The notes under the pieces: model-generated
Told to the model about the DNA's origin: nothing
Seen by the model: the letters and a program-made list of their open reading frames with translations, nothing else
The model's database searches: none
Assembly (NCBI GenBank): GCA_964057225.1
Contig: OZ059899.1
Span: forward strand, 868,001 to 932,000
Reading direction: 5' to 3'
DNA: 64,000 nt
Source of the DNA: Auanema rhodensis
Taxonomy: Eukaryota > Animalia > Nematoda
Part shown: positions 53,651 to 64,000 of the stretch, one piece after another
Numbering within the stretch: position 1 is the stretch's first letter
Layout of the letters: each line of letters starts with the position of its first letter
Translations under genes and position numbers: made by a program

Positions 53651-55054
53651 ATGTTTTTAGATTCCGTTTTTCAAAGCAAAGACGATGGACAATGTTATTC
53701 AACGAAAAAAATAATTCTTCAGGGTGAAAATCGAGGATATAAGTGTGAACTTATATCAGTTGATATCTCGGTGCATTTTCAAGCTAGCGCAAATCTGATA
53801 ACACAGATCGACGCAGCTCAAAAATCCGCATCGAATGCACCATACTACATTGAGAAACGCTTAATACAAAAATTAGTTATGATCGTTTGAAAAATGATGC
53901 ATTAGTGTATGTTGAGTTTCCATGTACACTCAACATTGCTTCCAAAAACATTTTGACAAAAATTTTTTCGAAAAATTTCAAAATAATTTAGCAAAAAGTA
54001 GATGTTTTTAGATTCCGTTTTTTAAGGCAAAGACGATGGACAATGTTATTAAACGAAAAAATTATTTCTTCAGGGTGAAAATCGAGGATATAAGTGTGAA
54101 CTTATATCAGTTGATATCTCGGTGCATTTTTAAGCTAGCGCAAATCTGATAACACAGATCGACGCAGCTTAAAAATCCGCATCGAATGCACTATACTACA
54201 TTGAGAAACGCTTAATACAAAAATTAGTTATGATCGTTTGAAAAATGATGCATTAGTGTATGTTGAGTTTCCATGTACACTCAACATTGCTTCCAAAAAC
54301 ATTTTGACAAAAATTTTTTCGAAAAATTTCAAAATAATTTAGCAAAAAGTAGATGTTTTTAGATTCCGTTTTTCAAAGCAAAGACGATGGACAATGTTAT
54401 TCAACGAAAAAAATAATTCTTCAGGGTGAAAATCGAGGATATAAGTGTGAACTTATATCAGTTGATATCTCGGTGCATTTTCAAGCTAGCGCAAATCTGA
54501 TAACACAGATCGACGCAGCTCAAAAATCCGCATCGAATGCACCATACTACATTGAGAAACGCTTAATACAAAAATTAGTTATGATCGTTTGAAAAATGAT
54601 GCATTAGTGTATGTTGAGTTTCCATGTACACTCAACATTGCTTCCAAAAACATTTTGACAAAAATTTTTTCGAAAAATTTCAAAATAATTTAGCAAAAAG
54701 TAGATGTTTTTAGATTCCGTTTTTTAAGGCAAAGACGATGGACAATGTTATTAAACGAAAAAATTATTTCTTCAGGGTGAAAATCGAGGATATAAGTGTG
54801 AACTTATATCAGTTGATATCTCGGTGCATTTTTAAGCTAGCGCAAATCTGATAACACAGATCGACGCAGCTTAAAAATCCGCATCGAATGCACTATACTA
54901 CATTGAGAAACGCTTAATACAAAAATTAGTTATGATCGTTTGAAAAATGATGCATTAGTGTATGTTGAGTTTCCATGTACACTCAATATTGCTTCCAAAA
55001 ACATTTTGACAAAATTTTTTTCGAAAAATTTCAAGATAATTTAGCAAAAAGTAG
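53651..55054 (+). repeat. Tandem dimer duplication (2 x 702 bp)
   Basis: A GCACCATAC monomer plus a TTAAACG/TTATTTC monomer, repeated at 53651 and 54353. Confidence 0.85.
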
Positions 55055-56809
55055 ATGTTTTTAGATTCCATTTTTCAAGGCAAAGACGATAGACAATGTT
55101 ATTCAACGAAAAAATTAATTCTTCAGGGTGAAAATCGAGGATATATGTGTGAACTTATATCAGTTGATATCTCGGTGCTTTTTTAAGCTAGCGCAAATCT
55201 GATAACACATATCGACGCAGCTTAAAAATCCGCATCGAATGCACTATACTACATTGAGAAACGCTTAATACAAAAATTAGTTATGATCGTTTGAAAAATG
55301 ATGCATTAGTGTATGTTGAGTTTCCATGTACACTCAACATTGCTTCCAAAAACATTTTGACAAAAATTTTTTCGAAAAATTTCAAAATAATTTAGCAAAA
55401 AGTAGATGTTTTTAGATTCCGTTTTTCAAAGCAAAGACGATGGACAATGTTATTCAACGAAAAAAATAATTCTTCAGGGTGAAAATCGAGGATATAAGTG
55501 GGAACTTATATCAGTTGATATCTCGGTGCTTTTTTAAGCTAGCGCAAAACTGATAACACAGATCGACGCAGCTTAAAAATCCGCATCGAATGCACTATAC
55601 TATATTGAGAAACGCTTAATACAAAAATTAGTTATGATCGTTTGAAAAATGATGCATTAGTGTATGTTGAGTTTCCATGTACACTCAACATTGCTTCCAA
55701 AAACATTTTGACAAAAATTTTTTCGAAAAATTTCAAAATAATTTAGCAAAAAGTAGATGTTTTTAGATTCCGTTTTTCAAGGCAAAGACGATGGACAATG
55801 TTATTCAACGAAAAAATTAATTCTTCAGGGTGAAAATCGAGGATATAAGTGGGAACTTATATCAGTTGATATCTCGGTGCTTTTTTAAGCTAGCGCAAAA
55901 CTGATAACACAGATCGACGCAGCTTAAAAATCCGCATCGAATGCACTATACTACATTGAGAAACGCTTAATACAAAAATTAGTTATGATCGTTTGAAAAA
56001 TGATGCATTAGTGTATGTTGAGTTTCCATGTACACTCAACATTGCTTCCAAAAACATTTTGACAAAAATTTTTTCGAAAAATTTCAAAATAATTTAGCGA
56101 AAAGTAGATGTTTTTAGATTCCTTTTTTCAAGGCAAAGACGATGGACAATGTTATTCAACGAAAAAATTAATTCTTCAGGGTGAAAATCGAGGATATATG
56201 TGTGAACTCATATCAGTTGATATCTCGGTGCATTTTTAAGCTAGCGCAAATCTGATAACACAGATCGACGCAGCTCAACAATCCGCATCGAATGCACTAT
56301 ACTACATTGAGAAACGCTTAATACAAAAATTAGTTATGATCGTTTGAAAAATGATGCATTAGTGTATGTTGAGTTTCCATGTACACTCAACATTGCTTCC
56401 AAAAACATTTTGACAAAAATTTTTTCGAAAAATTTCAAGATAATTTAGCAAAAAGTAGATGTTTTTAGATTCCGTTTTTCAAGGCAAAGACGATGGACAA
56501 TGTTATTCAACGAAAAAATTAATTCTTCAGGGTGAAAATTGAGGATATAAGTGTGAACTTATATCAGTTGATATCTCGGTGCATTTTCAAGCTAGCGCAA
56601 ATCTGATAACACAGATCGACGCAGCTCAAAAATCCGCATCGAATGCACTATACTACATTAAGAAACGCTTAATACAAAAATTAGTTATGATCGTTTGAAA
56701 AATGATGCATTAGTGTATGTTGAGTTTCCATGTACACTCAACATTGCTTCCAAAAACATTTTGACAAAAATTTTTTCGAAAAATTTCAAGATAATTTAGC
56801 AAAAAGTAG

Positions 56810-57096
56810 ATGTTTTTAGATTCCGTTTTTCAAGGCAAAGACGATGGACAATGTTATTCAACGAAAAAATTAATTCTTCAGGGTGAAAATTGAGGATATA
56901 AGTGTGAACTTATATCAGTTGATATCTCGGTGCATTTTCAAGCTAGCGCAAATCTGATAACACAGATCGACGCAGCTCAAAAATCCGCATCGAATGCACT
57001 ATACTACATTAAGAAACGCTTAATACAAAAATTAGTTATGATCGTTTGAAAAATGATGCATTAGTGTATGTTGAGTTTCCATGTAGCAAAAAGTAG
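56810..57096 (+). repeat. 287-bp monomer (64-bp deletion at about 57085)
   Basis: CCATGTA|GCAAAAAGTAG with TA microhomology. The next monomer starts at 57097. Confidence 0.93.
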
Positions 57097-60000
57097 ATGT
57101 TTTTAGATTCCGTTTTTCAAAGCAAAGACGATGGACAATGTTATTCAACGAAAAAAATAATTCTTCAGGGTGAAAATCGAGGATATAAGTGGGAACTTAT
57201 ATCAGTTGATATCTCGGTGCTTTTTTAAGCTAGCGCAAAACTGATAACACAGATCGACGCAGCTTAAAAATCCGCATCGAATGCACTATACTATATTGAG
57301 AAACGCTTAATACAAAAATTAGTTATGATCGTTTGAAAAATGATGCATTAGTGTATGTTGAGTTTCCATGTACACTCAACATTGCTTCCAAAAACATTTT
57401 GACAAAAATGTTTTCGAAAAATTTCAAAATAATTTAGCAAAAAGTAGATGTTTTTAGATTCCGTTTTTCAAGGCAAAGACGATGGACAATGTTATTCAAC
57501 GAAAAAATTAATTCTTCAGGGTGAAAATCGAGGATATAAGTGTGAACTTATATCAGTTGATATCTCGGTGCTTTTTTAAGCTAGCGCAAATCTGATAACA
57601 CAGATCGACGCAGCTTAAAAATCCGCATCGAATGCACTATACTACATTGAGAAACGCTTAATACAAAAATTAGTTATGATCGTTTGAAAAATGATGCATT
57701 AGTGTATGTTGAGTTTCCATGTACACTCAACATTGCTTCCAAAAACATTTTGACAAAAATTTTTTCGAAAAATTTCAAAATAATTTAGCAAAAAGTAGAT
57801 GTTTTTAGATTCCGTTTTTCAAGGCAAAGACGATGAACAATGTTATTCAACGAAAGAAATAATTCTTCAGGGTGAAAATCGAGGATATAAGTGTGAACTT
57901 ATATCAGTTGATATCTCGGTGCTTTTTTAAGCTAGCGCAAATCTGATAACACAGATCGACGCAGCTTAAAAATCCGCATCGAATGCACTATACTACATTG
58001 AGAAACGCTTAATACAAAAATTAGTTATGATCGTTTGAAAAATGATGCATTAGTGTATGTTGAGTTTCCATGTACACTCAACATTGCTTCCAAAAACATT
58101 TTGACAAAAATTTTTTCGAAAAATTTCAAAATAATTTAGCAAAAAGTAGATGTTTTTAGATTCCGTTTTTCAAAGCAAAGACGATGGACAATGTTATTCA
58201 ACGAAAAAAATAATTCTTCAGGGTGAAAATCGAGGATATAAGTGTGAACTTATATCAGTTGATATCTCGGTGCATTTTCAAGCTAGCGCAAATCTGATAA
58301 CACAGATCGACGCAGCTCAAAAATCCGCATCGAATGCACCATACTACATTGAGAAACGCTTAATACAAAAATTAGTTATGATCGTTTGAAAAATGATGCA
58401 TTAGTGTATGTTGAGTTTCCATGTACACTCAACATTGCTTCCAAAAACATTTTGACAAAAATTTTTTCGAAAAATTTCAAAATAATTTAGCAAAAAGTAG
58501 ATGTTTTTAGATTCCGTTTTTTAAGGCAAAGACGATGGACAATGTTATTAAACGAAAAAATTATTTCTTCAGGGTGAAAATCGAGGATATAAGTGTGAAC
58601 TTATATCAGTTGATATCTCGGTGCATTTTTAAGCTAGCGCAAATCTGATAACACAGATCGACGCAGCTTAAAAATCCGCATCGAATGCACTATACTACAT
58701 TGAGAAACGCTTAATACAAAAATTAGTTATGATCGTTTGAAAAATGATGCATTAGTGTATGTTGAGTTTCCATGTACACTCAATATTGCTTCCAAAAACA
58801 TTTTGACAAAATTTTTTTCGAAAAATTTCAAGATAATTTAGCAAAAAGTAGATGTTTTTAGATTCCATTTTTCAAGGCAAAGACGATAGACAATGTTATT
58901 CAACGAAAAAATTAATTCTTCAGGGTGAAAATCGAGGATATATGTGTGAACTTATATCAGTTGATATCTCGGTGCTTTTTTAAGCTAGCGCAAATCTGAT
59001 AACACATATCGACGCAGCTTAAAAATCCGCATCGAATGCACTATACTACATTGAGAAACGCTTAATACAAAAATTAGTTATGATCGTTTGAAAAATGATG
59101 CATTAGTGTATGTTGAGTTTCCATGTACACTCAACATTGCTTCCAAAAACATTTTGACAAAAATTTTTTCGAAAAATTTCAAAATAATTTAGCAAAAAGT
59201 AGATGTTTTTAGATTCCGTTTTTCAAGGCAAAGACGATGAACAATGTTATTCAACGAAAAAAATAATTCTTCAGGGTGAAAATCGAGGATATAAGTGTGA
59301 ACTTATATCAGTTGATATCTCGGTGCTTTTTTAAGCTAGCGCAAATCTGATAACACAGATCGACGCAGCTTAAAAATCCGCATCGAATGCACTATACTAC
59401 ATTGAGAAACGCTTAATACAAAAATTAGTTATGATCGTTTGAAAAATGATGCATTAGTGTATGTTGAGTTTCCATGTACACTCAACATTGCTTCCAAAAA
59501 CATTTTGACAAAAATTTTTTCGAAAAATTTCAAAATAATTTAGCAAAAAGTAGATGTTTTTAGATTCCGTTTTTCAAAGCAAAGACGATGGACAATGTTA
59601 TTCAACGAAAAAAATAATTCTTCAGGGTGAAAATCGAGGATATAAGTGTGAACTTATATCAGTTGATATCTCGGTGCATTTTCAAGCTAGCGCAAATCTG
59701 ATAACACAGATCGACGCAGCTCAAAAATCCGCATCGAATGCACCATACTACATTGAGAAACGCTTAATACAAAAATTAGTTATGATCGTTTGAAAAATGA
59801 TGCATTAGTGTATGTTGAGTTTCCATGTACACTCAACATTGCTTCCAAAAACATTTTGACAAAAATTTTTTCGAAAAATTTCAAAATAATTTAGCAAAAA
59901 GTAGATGTTTTTAGATTCCGTTTTTCAAAGCAAAGACGATGGACAATGTTATTCAACGAAAAAAATAATTCTTCAGGGTGAAAATCGAGGATATATGTGT

Positions 60001-63000
60001 GAACTCATATCAGTTGATATCTCGGTGCATTTTTAAGCTAGCGCAAATCTGATAACACAGATCGACGCAACTCAACAATCCGCATCGAATGCACTATACT
60101 ACATTGAGAAACGCTTAATACAAAAATTAGTTATGATCGTTTGAAAAATGATGCATTAGTGTATGTTGAGTTTCCATGTACACTCAATATTGCTTCCAAA
60201 AACATTTTGACAAAATTTTTTTCGAAAAATTTCAAGATAATTTAGCAAAAAGTAGATGTTTTTAGATTCCATTTTTCAAGGCAAAGACGATAGACAATGT
60301 TATTCAACGAAAAAATTAATTCTTCAGGGTGAAAATCGAGGATATGAGTGTGAACTTATATCAGTTGATATCTCGGTGCATTTTTAAGCTAGCGCAAATC
60401 TGATAACACAGATCGACGCAGCTTAAAAATCCGCATCGAATGCACTATACTACATTGAGAAACGCTTAATACAAAAATTAGTTATGATCGTTTGAAAAAT
60501 GATGCATTAGTGTATGTTGAGTTTCCATGTACACTCAACATTGCTTCCAAAAACATTTTGACAAAAATTTTTTCGAAAAATTTCAAAATAATTTAGCAAA
60601 AAGTAGATGTTTTTAGATTCCTTTTTTCAAGGCAAAGACGATGGACAATGTTATTCAACGAAAAAATTAATTCTTCAGGGTGAAAATCGAGGATATAAGT
60701 GTGAACTTATATCAGTTGATATCTCGGTGCTTTTTTAAGCTAGCGCAAATCTGATAACACATATCGACGCAGCTTAAAAATCCGCATCGAATGCACTATA
60801 CTACATTGAGAAACGCTTAATACAAAAATTAGTTATGATCGTTTGAAAAATGATGCATTAGTGTATGTTGAGTTTCCATGTACACTCAACATTGCTTCCA
60901 AAAACATTTTGACAAAAATTTTTTCGAAAAATTTCAAAATAATTTAGCAAAAAGTAGATGTTTTTAGATTCCGTTTTTCAAGGCAAAGACGATGAACAAT
61001 TTTATTCAACGAAAAAAATAATTCTTCAGGGTGAAAATCGAGGATATAAGTGTGAACTTATATCAGTTGATATCTCGGTGCTTTTTTAAGCTAGCGCAAA
61101 TCTGATAACACATATCGACGCAGCTTAAAAATCCGCATCGAATGCACTATACTACATTGAGAAACGCTTAATACAAAAATTAGTTATGATCGTTTGAAAA
61201 ATGATGCATTAGTGTATGTTGAGTTTCCATGTACACTCAACATTGCTTCCAAAAACATTTTGACAAAAATTTTTTCGAAAAATTTCAAAATAATTTAGCA
61301 AAAAGTAGATGTTTTTAGATTCCGTTTTTCAAGGCAAAGACGATGAACAATGTTATTCAACGAAAAAAATAATTCTTCAGGGTGAAAATCGAGGATATAA
61401 GTGTGAACTTATATCAGTTGATATCTCGGTGCTTTTTTAAGCTAGCGCAAATCTGATAACACAGATCGACGCAGCTTAAAAATCCGCATCGAATGCACTA
61501 TACTACATTGAGAAACGCTTAATACAAAAATTAGTTATGATCGTTTGAAAAATGATGCATTAGTGTATGTTGAGTTTCCATGTACACTCAATATTGCTTC
61601 CAAAAACATTTTGACAAAATTTTTTTCGAAAAATTTCAAGATAATTTAGCAAAAAGTAGATGTTTTTAGATTCCATTTTTCAAGGCAAAGACGATAGACA
61701 ATGTTATTCAACGAAAAAATTAATTCTTCAGGGTGAAAATCGAGGATATGAGTGTGAACTTATATCAGTTGATATCTCGGTGCATTTTTAAGCTAGCGCA
61801 AATCTGATAACACAGATCGACGCAGCTTAAAAATCCGCATCGAATGCACTATACTACATTGAGAAACGCTTAATACAAAAATTAGTTATGATCGTTTGAA
61901 AAATGATGCATTAGTGTATGTTGAGTTTCCATGTACACTCAACATTGCTTCCAAAAACATTTTGACAAAAATTTTTTCGAAAAATTTCAAAATAATTTAG
62001 CAAAAAGTAGATGTTTTTAGATTTCTTTTTTCAAGGCAAAGACGATGGACAATGTTATTCAACGAAAAAATTAATTCTTCAGGGTGAAAATCGAGGATAT
62101 AAGTGTGAACTTATATCAGTTGATATCTCGGTGCTTTTTTAAGCTAGCGCAAATCTGATAACACATATCGACGCAGCTTAAAAATCCGCATCGAATGCAC
62201 TATACTACATTGAGAAACGCTTAATACAAAAATTAGTTATGATCGTTTGAAAAATGATGCATTAGTGTATGTTGAGTTTCCATGTACACTCAACATTGCT
62301 TCCAAAAACATTTTGACAAAAATTTTTTCGAAAAATTTCAAAATAATTTAGCAAAAAGTAGATGTTTTTAGATTCCGTTTTTCAAGGCAAAGACGATGAA
62401 CAATTTTATTCAACGAAAAAAATAATTCTTCAGGGTGAAAATCGAGGATATAAGTGTGAACTTATATCAGTTGATATCTCGGTGCTTTTTTAAGCTAGCG
62501 CAAATCTGATAACACATATCGACGCAGCTTAAAAATCCGCATCGAATGCACTATACTACATTGAGAAACGCTTAATACAAAAATTAGTTATGATCGTTTG
62601 AAAAATGATGCATTAGTGTATGTTGAGTTTCCATGTACACTCAACATTGCTTCCAAAAACATTTTGACAAAAATTTTTTCGAAAAATTTCAAAATAATTT
62701 AGCAAAAAGTAGATGTTTTTAGATTCCGTTTTTCAAGGCAAAGACGATGAACAATGTTATTCAACGAAAAAAATAATTCTTCAGGGTGAAAATCGAGGAT
62801 ATAAGTGTGAACTTATATCAGTTGATATCTCGGTGCTTTTTTAAGCTAGCGCAAATCTGATAACACAGATCGACGCAGCTTAAAAATCCGCATCGAATGC
62901 ACTATACTACATTGAGAAACGCTTAATACAAAAATTAGTTATGATCGTTTGAAAAATGATGCATTAGTGTATGTTGAGTTTCCATGTACACTCAACATTG

Positions 63001-64000
63001 CTTCCAAAAACATTTTGACAAAAATTTTTTCGAAAAATTTCGAATTAATTTAGCAAAAAGTAGATGTTTTTAGATTCCGTTTTTCAAAGCAAAGACGATG
63101 GACAATGTTATTCAACGAAAAAAATAATTCTTCAGGGTGAAAATCGAGGATATAAGTGTGAACTTATATCAGTTGATATCTCGGTGCATTTTCAAGCTAG
63201 CGCAAATCTGACAACACAGATCGACGCAGCTCAAAAATCCGCATCGAATGCACCATACTACATTGAGAAACGCTTAATACAAAAATTAGTTATGATCGTT
63301 TGAAAAATGATGCATTAGTGTATGTTGAGTTTCCATGTACACTCAACATTGCTTCCAAAAACATTTTGACAAAAATTTTTTCGAAAAATTTCAAAATAAT
63401 TTAGCAAAAAGTAGATGTTTTTAGATTCCGTTTTTCAAAGCAAAGACGATGGACAATGTTATTCAACGAAAAAAATAATTCTTCAGGGTGAAAATCGAGG
63501 ATATATGTGTGAACTCATATCAGTTGATATCTCGGTGCATTTTTAAGCTAGCGCAAATCTGATAACACAGATCGACGCAACTCAACAATCCGCATCGAAT
63601 GCACTATACTACATTGAGAAACGCTTAATACAAAAATTAGTTATGATCGTTTGAAAAATGATGCATTAGTGTATGTTGAGTTTCCATGTACACTCAATAT
63701 TGCTTCCAAAAACATTTTGACAAAATTTTTTTCGAAAAATTTCAAGATAATTTAGCAAAAAGTAGATGTTTTTAGATTCCATTTTTCAAGGCAAAGACGA
63801 TAGACAATGTTATTCAACGAAAAAATTAATTCTTCAGGGTGAAAATCGAGGATATGAGTGTGAACTTATATCAGTTGATATCTCGGTGCATTTTTAAGCT
63901 AGCGCAAATCTGATAACACAGATCGACGCAGCTTAAAAATCCGCATCGAATGCACTATACTACATTGAGAAACGCTTAATACAAAAATTAGTTATGATCG

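Larger units (their letters stand above)
1..64000. repeat. 351-bp tandem satellite DNA array (about 182 monomers), probably centromeric/pericentromeric; runs off both window ends
   Basis: The same sequence recurs every 351 bp (ATGTTTTTAGATTCC at 256, 607, 958; 2701, 3052, 3403, 3754...). No unique sequence is visible anywhere. The centromeric context is inferred from homogeneity and size only. Confidence 0.98.

Noticed and set aside
256-63303. 43 copies of a 79-aa ORF (MFLDSVFQGK...; one 84-aa read-through at 41288) as a tandem gene family
   Set aside because: It is simply pos 1-240 of the monomer. About three quarters of monomers carry in-frame stops from common variants (CAA>TAA, CGA>TGA, GGA>TGA). 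Variants are mostly non-synonymous or nonsense, and I recognise no domain.
1-64000. CRISPR array or other repeat-spacer system, suggested by regularly spaced hairpins
   Set aside because: The sequence between hairpins is as conserved as the hairpins. There are no unique spacers and no cas or other genes.

Overview
The whole 64 kb window is one AT-rich tandem satellite array with a 351-bp monomer (about 182 copies differing by only a few SNPs). It looks like eukaryotic centromeric or pericentromeric heterochromatin; I cannot name the family or organism. There are no credible genes: the 43 near-identical 79/84-aa ORFs are a by-product of the monomer. Four structures stand out. (1) The monomer appears to be an old inverted dimer of about 175-bp halves, with two perfect 9-bp hairpins half a monomer apart at its two symmetry axes. 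(2) A 1,327-bp inverted cassette with identical junctions occurs three times (1105-2431, 17940-19266, 28811-30137). It mirrors both flanks and shifts the array register by only 12 bp. (3) Nested duplications and higher-order repeats run from 2 to 48 monomers, including a repeat of at least 10.2 kb at a 16,835-bp offset. (4) SNP-defined monomer types are spatially zoned, and there are a few discrete indels (+78, -64, -2, -1, +1). All alignments were done by eye and need computational confirmation.
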